DNA of 55,342 nt, filler included, from Squatina squatina (Eukaryota), in NCBI GenBank assembly GCA_031763465.1. It is 3 parts of 3 records of this genome, joined end to end, with 100 filler letters (N's around TTAATTAATTAA, not from the genome) between each part and the next. Parts side by side here need not be neighbours in the genome. Positions count along the whole stretch, not along the records: positions 24,514 to 39,036 come from JARFOE010000176.1; 2 more parts are not named here. The stretch is one strand, 5' to 3'. Below, one piece after another: positions 24,514 through 36,513 of the stretch. Each line of letters begins with the position of its first letter. Positions within the stretch are counted from its first letter, which is position 1. A model generated the notes under the pieces. The model was not told the origin of the DNA. It made no database searches and was given only the letters and a program-made list of their open reading frames with translations. The translations under genes and the position numbers were made by a program.

Positions 24514-27500
24514 AATGGATTTGTGTATATGCAGTACACAGGACTAGCAGGGATACTCTATATATGTATTGGCTGAACACAGAAAATTTAACATTAAATG
24601 CTGCATTTAGCTCAAAAAGTTTCTCACTTTTCAGTTGGTCAAAGGTCAAACATTGGAACAATTTTTATACAAATCCATGGCGTTGTGCTTCCTGAGAAAG
24701 CTGGCTCAGAAAGAAAGAAGTTATTATACTGCGACACAACGTATATTTTTATTAACCTTTCGAGGACTACAGGGGGAATTTTTTTTTTTTTAAATACATG
24801 TTTAGTTTCTTTGTAGAATACCATGATTGAAAGGTTTGCTTTGGTTCCATACATTCTTCTGGTTCAACTTTGCAATATTCCACATTGAAAGTGCAGAGTC
24901 AAGTTTTGCAGATGTTGCATGATAGAAAACATGTGGCTATTCTGAAACCTGTGAAGGACATTCTGTACTTTAATGGATTAAGAATGTGCATGTGTTTTCA
25001 AATAACTGCAAACAGTATGTGAAAGGGGAAGAGCAAAATGCTGAAAAATCAGAATTCCTCAATGTTACTGTTCCCACTGAACGGTGTAAAATTAATCCTT
25101 TCGGCCGCAAGCTGTTGTGCAGAGAAAGCATGGGTTGTTTCAGACATTATTGACAGCCTTCTTTCATTTCAGCAACTGTTCTAAACCAGTGAAAGGTCAC
25201 TTTGTATGTTTATAGCTGGTTTTAGTATATGCTCCTAGGTGGAGGATTTTTAAAAAAATATAAAACTTGCATTAACTAATATAGTCAAAGCTATTAATCT
25301 GCTGTGAAGTAGTGTTCTCTCAACCACTTCTTGTATTGATACAGTACCTTTAATACAACCAAAGACCCCAGTAAAAGATTCAGTTGGTTGCCTCTGGCTT
25401 AAGCAATAATTTGCATAATTGAAAGTGTAAAATTAATCAATGAAATACATGAAGGGATAAAATCCAATTCTGATCTAAGTGTTGTGCAAGGAAAATATCA
25501 CAATCTAAAAGACAAATCTAACAAATCTGCTGTATAAATTTATCTTAAAAATCCTGGTAATGACCTTGCACCTGCCATCATAGTTAAAATCAAAGTGACC
25601 CTGTCTATTCTGCACAACAAATGGAACAAGCCTCAACAGACTGAAAATCAATACTAATGCAGTGGTATGACTATCAGATTCCACCCACCCCCCCCCCCCA
25701 CCCCATCTTACACTGCTGGTAAGTCTCCCATAATCTGTTTTTTATGTTTGGAAGANNNNNNNNNNNNNNNNNNNNNNNNNNNNNNNNNNNNNNNNNNNNN
25801 NNNNNNNNNNNNNNNNNNNNNNNNNNNNNNNNNNNNNNNNNNNNNNNNNNNNNNNTGGAAGATTGGTGATGTCAGCAGCTATTGCACAGTGCAAGGGAAA
25901 GCAAGAGAGCGCGACTTAAGTCGCAGTATTAAAGGAGCCACACTAACCAAGTTAATCTACATTTAATGAGAAATACTAGGAAGAGCACAAGCAGTTACGT
26001 GCCTTTATCTGTTAACTGATTTGTAAAGGATTGATTCTGCAATGGTCTAGCTTGGTTACTATAACCCATCGACCTGCACTCCTCCATTGCGGTGAGAGGT
26101 GGCAGTGCATTTCCGCAGTGCCTTGTGTTTATGGCTGTCAACGAGGGTGAAAAAACTGTTGGCTGAAACCTTGCAGACATTTCATTTCAGACAAAACAAT
26201 GTGGTGTATTAATCTACAAAGCAAAATTTGAAAGCACTGTATATTTGAAAAATAAACATTGCATCAGGCTCCAATGACCAAAAGGCTTGGTTATAAAATG
26301 ATAACTGCTTTGTTATGGCAGTTTAGGATGTTTGGCAGATTGCAGAAAAATCTCAGAGCCAAAGCCATGATGCGGCTTGGTCCCCAGTTGACATTTAATA
26401 CCCAAGACATCAATGTAGGAATAAAGTAAGAGCTGGGAATGCAACATATCATTTAAGCAATTTTCTTTAGACTATCCATAACATTAATTTCTGATCAGGT
26501 TGTCTTTAGTATCAAATCTCTTCATTTAGATTCTTTTTTTTTTTAAAGTTGCCTTTCTATTAAAAACTCAACAAGTATTGTTTTATTGGTGTTTTCAGAA
26601 TTAAGACTGATAAGTCGGAGTGGTAATTCTATACTGTCGCTCAAATTTCTTCCACATTTTAAGTGTGAATGGATTAGCCTGTTATCATAGGAGTGAGAGC
26701 CACTGACTGGGTTACAGTGCTTGGTCTCAATTTGTAAAAAAAAAGACACTGCATGTCTTTAAAGGAATCCTGTGCAATGTGGTACAATTGAAACTTCTAA
26801 TACTGTACAGTTTAAAATTATGATTTTCTAATCATAAAAGATGCTTAGATGGTACAGTTTTGTTTAATTTTCCCCACTTCCAGCCACCCATTTCCTGTTT
26901 TTGATAAAAGTGCCATACAAAGAGGTCAGTNNNNNNNNNNNNNNNNNNNNNNNNNNNNNNNNNNNNNNNNNNNNNNNNNNNNNNNNNNNNNNNNNNNNNN
27001 NNNNNNNNNNNNNNNNNNNNNNNNNNNNNNNNNNNNNNNNNNNNNNNNNNNNNNNNNNNNNNNNNNNNNNNNNNNNNNNNNNNNNNNNNNNNNNNNNNNN
27101 NNNNNNNNNNNNNNNNNNNNNNNNNNNNNNNNNNNNNNNNNNNNNNNNNNNNNNNNNNNNNNNNNNNNNNNNNNNNNNNNNNNNNNNNNNNNNNNNNNNN
27201 NNNNNNNNNNNNNNNNNNNNNNNNNNNNNNNNNNNNNNNNNNNNNNNNNNNNNNNNNNNNNNNNNNNNNNNNNNNNNNNNNNNNNNNNNNNNNNNNNNNN
27301 NNNNNNNNNNNNNNNNNNNNNNNNNNNNNNNNNNNNNNNNNNNNNNNNNNNNNNNNNNNNNNNNNNNNNNNNNNNNNNNNNNNNNNNNNNNNNNNNNNNN
27401 NNNNNNNNNNNNNNNNNNNNNNGGGAGGGAGTGGGAAAAGATTAGAGTTCAGTGGCAGAACTGGAGCAAGGTGAAAACCTGTGCAGGTCCTGAATGTGGA

Positions 27501-30302
27501 ACTACACATCAAGGTGAGCTGGTTCGAACGGAAAGGACTGATTCTCATTCCCACTTAGTGTTCCCAGTCTGTGCCTTTTTAAAAAAAAGTCACCGAGCAT
27601 TAGTTCATTGTCCATTGAAGGCCAGTTTCCTGGGAGATTTAATTCATGTTTAAAGTTCCACATTATTATTATTTTTTTTTTTTATAAATACAGATTTCAA
27701 TTATATATCCTTTGAGAAAACATGTAACTGCTACATGTTATTATTGCTCCACAAATGGCTCAGTGGAGGTGCACACAGCTTGTTGAAACGCTGAGCCAAA
27801 TAGACCAGGAGGGTCACTGGCATAATCTTTTATCGCAGCAGTGGTGGAATAAACAGGCCCCAATGTCCTGGGGGCAGGGCGGGGGAAAAAGGAAAAGCAA
27901 TAGTTGTTGTCCCTGGTCCTGATTAATATCTCACAGCTACCCCAGCTGGTAGTGCGAGCATGGTGTATGGATAGGACCAGGGTCAACTGTAATGTTGCCT
28001 TGACCAAACAACCCACCAACACCCAATACCCATGCTGCCTCATGAAGAATGATCACTTAGGAAATAAACATGGTGCTTTTCTGAATGTACTATGCATGAT
28101 TTGACACCTTCAGAAGACAAGGGAGCAAAAGTTAACAGGTTGAAATGGTCCTGAATCTATATCCTAAATATCAACAGGCATTGGGTGCACTCTTCAGCTC
28201 ATTAGAAAACCCACAATTCTACTGCCTTCCTTTTCCTGCCTTAACAAAATACATTTGACTTTGTCTGTGCTTGCACAGTCAGTTCTGGATCTTAAAAAGC
28301 CAAAAGATTTGCTTCTAGCCAAAAAAGCTTCAGGGTGCTTAAAAGAGAGTTGATTCTTGTAATGTACAACCTCATAAAATATAAATTATGATCCACAAAT
28401 AGGAAACTGAATACCCTGGTGAAAAGGCTGCGTGACCAAGAGTGGAACTAATGCACAGCAAGTGAAATGGGTCGAGCTTTACAGGATGCCCCTTGGTCAC
28501 AACCAAGCTATTCATTACCTTGCATTTCCCCCAACATAAAACAGCAGAAGGAAAACTTCACACATTTTGNNNNNNNNNNNNNNNNNNNNNNNNNNNNNNN
28601 NNNNNNNNNNNNNNNNNNNNNNNNNNNNNNNNNNNNNNNNNNNNNNNNNNNNNNNNNNNNNNNNNNNNNCACACATTTTGGGTGGTGGGGGGGAAAAAAA
28701 GAGAAACATTAAAATTCTGCTACAGGGCACTTTTTTGTTTTCAAATGAACTCAAGATTAAATTTTTTTTTAATATAAATTGCATCAGGAATGAGTGTATT
28801 TTGACTTACTGTTGAAATTCTTACACTTATTAAAAATCTAAACCCACTGAGCTAAAATGGTTATTCAGGTATTTTTAAAACCAAAACAATTGGGAAAAGT
28901 GTACTGTTCTGTACTCAGTGTCTAATAGGGAAATGACTGCTCTTGGTGCAGCAATGCTCATGTCCACACATTCTGACCAGGAGAGCTTCTGTCCCACTGA
29001 TTTAGTTTTGTAGCTGCCCATTTCTGTACATTTTTAGTTTTCAGAATCAGCAACAGTGCAATAACACCCAGTTTCTGTTGAAAAAGGATGGGATTCATAC
29101 ACCAGATGGAGGAATTCTTAAACGCTAGGTTTAGATGGAGAGAGAGCTTTGCTGAAAAGCTCTCTAGACAAGTCTGCATGTCTGCTGCAATCCAACCAGC
29201 TCACAGCATGTCTGGGCTTTTGATTTTAAATGCATCTCTTCACAGAATTCAATTGCTGGCTGCTCAATTATTGATTGTCACGAGGTTTGGCTTTGTCTTT
29301 CAGACAGAGGGTGGCAAAATGGATTACAGGGAATACATTTCTTATGAAGAAATGCATCAGAAGATTTGCTGATAATCAAATCTGTGGTAAAAACATTGAC
29401 TAGATCAGTGCACATAAATGGCCTGAAATGAAATTACTAGAGAATGGAGTTGGGGAAGGGGACTTGGTTGGAAATAGGAAGAAATGNNNNNNNNNNNNNN
29501 NNNNNNNNNNNNNNNNNNNNNNNNNNNNNNNNNNNNNNNNNNNNNNNNNNNNNNNNNNNNNNNNNNNNNNNNNNNNNNNNNNNNNNNNNNNNNNNNNNNN
29601 NNNNNNNNNNNNNNNNNNNNNNNNNNNNNNNNNNNNNNNNNNNNNNNNNNNNNNNNNNNNNNNNNNNNNNNNNNNNNNNNNNNNNNNNNNNNNNNNNNNN
29701 NNNNNNNNNNNNNNNNNNNNNNNNNNNNNNNNNNNNNNNNNNNNNNNNNNNNNNNNNNNNNNNNNNNNNNNNNNNNNNNNNNNNNNNNNNNNNNNNNNNN
29801 NNNNNNNNNNNNNNNNNNNNNNNNNNNNNNNNNNNNNNNNNNNNNNNNNNNNNNNNNNNNNNNNNNNNNNNNNNNNNNNNNNNNNNNNNNNNNNNNNNNN
29901 NNNNNNNNNNNNNNNNNNNNNNNNNNNNNNNNNNNNNNNNNNNNNNNNNNNNNNNNNNNNNNNNNNNNNNNNNNNNNNNNNNNNNNNNNNNNNNNNNNNN
30001 NNNNNNNNNNNNNNNNNNNNNNNNNNNNNNNNNNNNNNNNNNNNNNNNNNNNNNNNNNNNNNNNNNNNNNNNNNNNNNNNNNNNNNNNNNNNNNNNNNNN
30101 NNNNNNNNNNNNNNNNNNNNNNNNNNNNNNNNNNNNNNNNNNNNNNNNNNNNNNNNNNNNNNNNNNNNNNNNNNNNNNNNNNAATGAAGCAAATACTGAG
30201 GCCAACGTGCGTGTCTTTCTTTGGCTGAAAGAAAATAGGAGTGAATTAAAATTCATGTCTGGCACACCAAAACTCCAGGGGGTCCTCAAAAAAAGGTTTA
30301 CG

Positions 30303-30739
30303 CTAATTGTAAAAAAAATATTGGATCCGCCGGTTGATGACGCTTCCCGATGCAGATGTGACGAGAGCATCACTCGGTGTCTCAGACGGTTGCCGCTTGT
30401 TGCGGCGGGCGTTCACACGGAAGATGCCGAATCCGGCCTTGGCCCGCGCGCCAGCATTCAGCCGCTGCAACTCGCGGCGCCCGACATCGTTGCAATCCCG
30501 CTCGGTCCGTGCAGAGGCAGCAGAGCAAGTGTCTGCACCTGGAACAGGGAGGAGCGTGTGAGGGGCAGAGGCTGACCCTGGCGAGGGCACTGGATTGCAC
30601 AGACTTCGCATGTGGGAAAGGTCCAGACAACCCCTGCGGATTCATCATACGACACTCGCCTTTCTTCTTTTCCAGACGTGGTAATCCAAAAGAATATACT
30701 TAAGATCACCAGCAGCGTAATTATCCACCAGCTTCTCAT
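30303..30739 (-). CDS. Candidate small secreted or single-pass protein gene in a CpG-rich patch (structure unresolved)
   Basis: ATG at 30739 with an in-frame upstream stop, encoding signal-peptide-like MRSWWIITLLVILSIFFWITTSG. GC-type donor AG|GCGAGT at 30660/30659 and acceptor ctcctccctgttccag|G at 30539/30538. No family recognised. Confidence 0.3.
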
Positions 30740-33700
30740 TTCATTTCACCTCCTCCCTCCCTCTTCGCCGCCTGGCGTTCAGCGTTGGAAGAATTCCGAG
30801 CATTAATAGGGAGTGCTTTTAAAAAAAGATTAGATTTCACAGGAACCCCTTGTTATGACTACCTCCTAATTCCATCAAACCGATCTAAATCCGCATTATT
30901 AGCTGAAGTCTGGAGAGATTGCAGACGCTCTTTGGTGCTTTGATAGCAGAAATACAATGAAAAAGCCACAGATCCTCTTCGGGCGTGGTGCTGATTTATT
31001 TCAGCTGTCAAATACTTATCAATTAAAGCAGACTCTTGTTGCAGGAGCTATTTAGGGGCGTGTACACAATAATATATAATCACACAAAATATAACCTCTT
31101 ATTTAATTCCCCTCTTGGGAGAAGCGAAGCTCCAGCCTCTTCAGACACACCTGGCTGCGCGAACGTTATGTAAACGGCAGCTACATTGGTGACATTTCCC
31201 CTGCTACGTTCCATAATGGATGAAGCCCCCTCCCCACCCTTTAAATCAAACACGTTCTATTGCCGGCAAATGACTTGTCTGTCTGAACGGCATTCAAATC
31301 CAGGTAGAGGAGGGTGTAATGTAACAAAAGGAAGAGTCCGGCTAATAGACGCTTGTAAGGTTTTTTGTTAAAAAAGAGTCGTGCGAGCACCCTGCCCTTT
31401 GAAGACCAAATTGTCTGACCACTTGAGCAGAGCTGTCGCACGATTCAGTTGATCACCGCAGAAGTAGTAACATTTCCTCGGTGCAAGTCATTTGCTTTCA
31501 AAGACCCAGTCACGCTGGCCAGTGAAGTAGGTATTTTGTCTGGAGATGGTGACGTGGAATGCCTGTAAAGTTAGCAAGGTAACAGCAATTGTAAAGGCCA
31601 ATTATTGAAATAATGTCAACCATGCGTTACTCCAGACAGCTTTTTAAAGAATGCAAATAGTTGAGAAATCATCCCATATATGACGGAGATCAGTTTGCTT
31701 GGGAGTTGCAAGGTGGACACTCGGATCACACGCTTCACTCGATATCACTATTTGTGTTTGGCGCTAATTAAGTACTTCACCACCAGCTCCCCCCCGCCCC
31801 CCCAAAAAAAAGTGCAGCGAAGTTTTGAAGTAGAAACTCTGACAGAGGATTTTATTTTAGCGATACTGAAACAAGTGAATGGAAATATCTGGAACAGTTA
31901 GTTAGTTCACTAAGTTTGCTCCCCGGCAGCAGTCCCAGAGCTTTAATATAAATGAGTTGTCAAATGAGACAACCCTGAAAGAGCATGTCAGGATTGCAAA
32001 TATTTAAATTTTTGTACAATTTAATTTTTCCACCATTGCAAACGAGACAAAGATCAGATTGATCCCGTTAGTCTTACAATGGTCCCAGTGATTGCCACAC
32101 GGGCCCTTCCTCTGCATATGGTCAATTAGTATTGAAAATACTCAGCTGATCCCATTTGCTGGAAATTTTAAGCAGGGCCTTATGAGCAGGAAGAATGATG
32201 TTATTGAAAGGAAGAGTCTCATCTAAATAATAAAAGGGCACACGGCCATCTGGTCTGGTCAAACTCTGTACAAAGTTTATAGCAGTAGTTATATCGGGAG
32301 GGTTTGCTGGCGTGGCTATGAATATGCCCGCCTCAAAAAATGATGTTAATTTGTCTCTTTTTAAACTAACAAAGGAAGAGCTCAGTCCGCTTACTGACTG
32401 CAGTTAGCTATCTGCAACATATGGAAGCCCACTGTTGCCGAAAACTCGGTGCAGTAGAACAGACTCGTCATGCATTGCGTGCAGGCTCCTTGATTGTAGA
32501 AAAAAGCTGGCTGCAGGCCAGACAGGCGAGAGCTCTGTTGATCATTATGTCTAGCCTTCAGGTGTCTCAGCTCACAGTGGGTGGTGGTGGTGAGGGGGGA
32601 GGAGTCGTAGATGACATGATGGCAGACAAAGAAAGGAGANNNNNNNNNNNNNNNNNNNNNNNNNNNNNNNNNNNNNNNNNNNNNNNNNNNNNNNNNNNNN
32701 NNNNNNNNNNNNNNNNNNNNNNNNNNNNNNNNNNNNNNNAGTCTGATTACATTGCTGTTAAGCACTTGGGACATTTGTTCAACATTAAAGGCACCCTATG
32801 AATGAAAGCTGTTATTGAATTCTCCGTGTATATGTGAAATATGTATATATATTTTATCTTCAGTGCAGTGCACTGGTACTTCAGCTGTCTGTACTATTGA
32901 ATGGTAGAGTGTGGGTTTGCACCTGCAGTTCCCTGCACAGTGAGTTTTGATTCCACTGTTGGGAAAGGAGCCAACTAGTGCCTAGTTGTTTCTTGATAGG
33001 AGGGGAAAAAAATCAATTTAGTTTCCACGGACAGCTACTATTCACTTTTTTTTTTTTTCTTTTGCCATTTTTTCTCATCTTCTGCAGGTATTGACTTCTT
33101 GCCAGAGCATGTGTCTGTCACATGTGTGGGTAGTATTTTCAGTTCATTTAATTTTGAAAGGTGCCAAAAACTGTGAGGAGTCATGTACCTTTATCAGAAA
33201 ATCCAAGGAAAGCAAAAATGCCTTAGAACGTCATCATGATACCACAGAACAATACCTTAAGTGACTGCGACCGCAACTTCTCCATAGCATTTGACACAGT
33301 TGATCATTTCATCCTTCTCCACTGAATAATGCAGCGGGCTGTCTCTGCTTAAAAAAAAAGTCTGTGCTGCAGTCAGCAGACAGACCGACAGCTCCCTCAG
33401 GCTGCCGACTTTCTTTCTCCCACCCCTCAACAAAAAGTGATCTAATGTTACTCTGCAGTACGTGAGCTGTTTCCATCAAACTTCAAACGTTCCTCTAATA
33501 CATTTATTTGCAAGCGTGTGGCCGCTTAACAGAAATAACGCACACGCCGAATCGTTTCTTTTGGGATCTGTGCTGTGAAGCTATCTCATAAGGCAAGTGT
33601 ATTAAAATAAATACTTACAGTTCAGCTGCCAGAATAGACTCTTATCAATCTTCTTCAAGCTGTACAGTGCCTCGTTCAGTTTTAGTACAAGGTGAGAGGG

Positions 33701-34939
33701 AAGGGACCAGGAAGTTCCATTGATTATACAAAGAAACATGCTTCAGTTAAANNNNNNNNNNNNNNNNNNNNNNNNNNNNNNNNNNNNNNNNNNNNNNNNN
33801 NNNNNNNNNNNNNNNNNNNNNNNNNNNNNNNNNNNNNNNNNNNNNNNNNNNTTCAGTTTTAGTACAAGGTGAGAGGGAAGGGACCAGGAAGTTCCATTGA
33901 TTATACAAAGAAACATGCTTCAGTTAAAAGTCACTTTGGTCAGACACTTGTGTGCAGACATCCCAATGCTCTAGTATTGCTTCTGTCTGCTGCACTGAAT
34001 TGAACTATATAATACCCATGTGAAAGACAGGGGGAAATGTAGTCACGTGAAGCACATAGAGGCACACCATTGGCTCAGCTGATAATCTTTAAGCGAGACA
34101 TTTTTTTCTTCTATTGGCCGCATTGGGAGATTGAAGGCATGCGGTTCCTCCCAGTCCGAGCCTCTTTTTTAAAAAATCGCAGAATGACTGTGGGAGTTAG
34201 ACTGACAGGGGGATTAGCTGGGAAAATGTCTGAAGCCATCATTAGGCAGAGGTCAGGGGAGGAGGAATGAGAAGCTTAACTGGTTCAACAGTGACTACCT
34301 TTTTCTATCATTGTTGTTGGTTTGTGAAAGGCTAACCTGTGCTTAGGACAGAACGAGGGGAATAGTCAGCTCACTACTGAACTCAAATAACTTTCAGATG
34401 GGAGAAATCTGAATTGCAATCCAGATTAATTCTGATGAGATCCAATAATGTATAATTAATCACTGCATTATATAATATTATTCTGCAAGCCAGAAGTGTT
34501 AAGGTTAAATTGTTTTAAGATCAATGTTTTATGGTTTAAATATTTGTAAGGAAGCTGAAGTTTTTCTTTACAAAATAGTATTTTCATCTTCAAGGATCTA
34601 GGCCACGCTCCTATTCCTGGGCCCCCACAGATGGGACCCACGTCCACGCTTTGGCTGGCTAGTACAATGCCAGTCTGAGGACCAGAGATGGGGGAGCCCC
34701 TGACGCAGAGGGGATGAAATTGGTCTTCAGCAATCGCACAAAACAGACAATGGTGAATCAGCAACCTGTTTTATACCCTGCCCAGTTTTCTCTTTTTCCG
34801 TTGAAGTCAATGGATAAGAAAATCAGGCTGTGTACCATGCCGAGATAGTCCCCGTTTCTGCCTCCTCTCATGACACTCCTTTTCTGCCTCTAGCCCAATG
34901 GGCCACTCCAGAAACTCCTGTCCAAAGGTGAGACTTCCC

Positions 34940-35087
34940 AGCAGCGGTCAGAGTTTACGATCAGGGGCCGGAACCCTGGCTGTGTGTTTGGTTTTGTTCT
35001 ATCTCGCCCGTGGCCAAATGTAGTAATTCTCAATGCCCTGGCTCAGATTAGCTAACTCAGCCCAAACCAGGGATCAAACATGGGAAA
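34940..35087 (-). mobile_element. LF-SINE-like fragment
   Basis: Reverse complement tcccatgtttgatccctggtttgggctgagttagctaatctgagccagggc resembles the LF-SINE B-box/core region. Confidence 0.5.
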
Positions 35088-35399
35088 GAAAAGAAAGACT
35101 TGCATTTATGCAGCACTTTTCATGACCTTAGAATATTCCAAAGCACTTCCCAGCTAATGAAGTACTTTTGAAGTGTAGCCCCTGTTGTAATGTAGGGAAA
35201 CACAGCTGCCAATTTGTGCATAGCAAGCTCCCACAAACAGCAATGAGATAAATGACCAGGACGCCACGGAGTCCCCTGCTCTTCTTCGAATCGTGGCCAT
35301 GGGATCTTTTTCATCCACCTGAGAGAGCAGACGGTTTAACATATCATCTGAAAGATAGCACCTCCAACAGTGTAGCACTCCCTCAGTACTGCACTGGGT
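35088..35399 (-). mobile_element. Deu-SINE/SacSINE1-type SINE
   Basis: 3' tail aaagaaagacttgcattta..agcac.tttcatgacc plus the Deu core shared with the other copies in the window. Confidence 0.8.
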
Positions 35400-36069
35400 N
35401 NNNNNNNNNNNNNNNNNNNNNNNNNNNNNNNNNNNNNNNNNNNNNNNNNNNNNNNNNNNNNNNNNNNNNNNNNNNNNNNNNNNNNNNNNNNNNNNNNNNG
35501 GAGAAGTTGAAGATTCTTTCATGATTGATTGCAGACACTTCAAGTTGATGGTTTAAACGTATGAAACATGGCATACTTCCATCTCAAGGAAGTTATTGTA
35601 TTCATCCTACACATGCAAAACTCATTTATCATGTTTGAACTACATTGGTGTTCACAATGTAAACATAATGATAAAACCCCATCACAAATAACTTAACGTG
35701 TATGTTTAAAATGATGAAAAACAATCAAATGAAATTCAGAACACTGTTTAACACATTTCCCTTCTTGTGTTTGATGTTCTGTAATCTAGCCAAGCCTCAG
35801 GCAAAGAGCCATTTAAATGAATCAAAAATGTTGAGTCTGAATCTCGCACGTTGAGAAATTTCTCAAGTGAGAGAAGCTCAGCAGTTAGTTACTGAACAAC
35901 CCACTGTATCACTCCTACAAAGGAGCTGTACCTCCCCCTGAGACGCTTCCCCACAGGTCTTTTCTTTTTGCAGCTCACTCAGTCCCATTGCTTCATGAAG
36001 AATGCCATGGCTAAGGTTAGTGATTTATCACTAGGAAATGTTGCTGCAAATCACAGGAGTGTTCTAGGT

Positions 36070-36513
36070 AAAAAGAAAGACTTGCATTTATATAGTGCCT
36101 TTCATGACCACCAAACTTCCTAAAGTGCTTTACAGCCAATTAAGTACTTCTGAAGTGTAGTTACTGTTGTAATGTAGGAAATGGGGCAATGTGAAAATGT
36201 CTAGATAATCTATACTTTTAGTGATCTTGATTGAGGAATGAATGTTGGCCAGGACACTGGGGATATCTCCCCTGCTCTTCTTCAAAATAATGTCATGGCA
36301 TCTTTTACGCCCAACTGAGAGAGCAGACTGGGCCTCAGTCTAATGTCTTATCCAAAAGACGGCCCCTCTGACAATGCAATACTCCCTCAGTATTGCACTG
36401 GAGTGTCAGCTGTGGCTCAGTTGATAGCACCCTCACCTCTGCGTCAGAAGGTTGTGGGTTCAAGTCCCACTCCAGAGACTTGAGCACAAAAATGTAGGCT
36501 GACAGTCCAAGTG
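36070..36513 (-). mobile_element. Deu-SINE/SacSINE1-type SINE with its tRNA-derived head inverted
   Basis: Body on the minus strand at 36070-36410. Head on the plus strand at 36411-36513, with A box TGGCTCAGTTGA and B box GGTTCAAGTCC (36457-36467). Confidence 0.8.

Noticed and set aside
26832-30228. Long ORFs of 200-360 aa (also 45032-46264)
   Set aside because: Composed almost entirely of N-gap codons.
30183-30300. EDPLEFW motif resembling a hAT dimerisation domain on the minus strand
   Set aside because: Only a short motif between stops; no other transposase similarity or TIRs seen.
33675-33928. Perfect 77-bp direct repeat flanking a 100-N gap
   Set aside because: Same 77-bp length as the satellite overlap; a k-mer overlap artefact of unmerged contigs, not a real duplication.
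36411-36480. tRNA gene (A and B boxes)
   Set aside because: tRNA-derived SINE head continuing into SINE sequence; no convincing cloverleaf.
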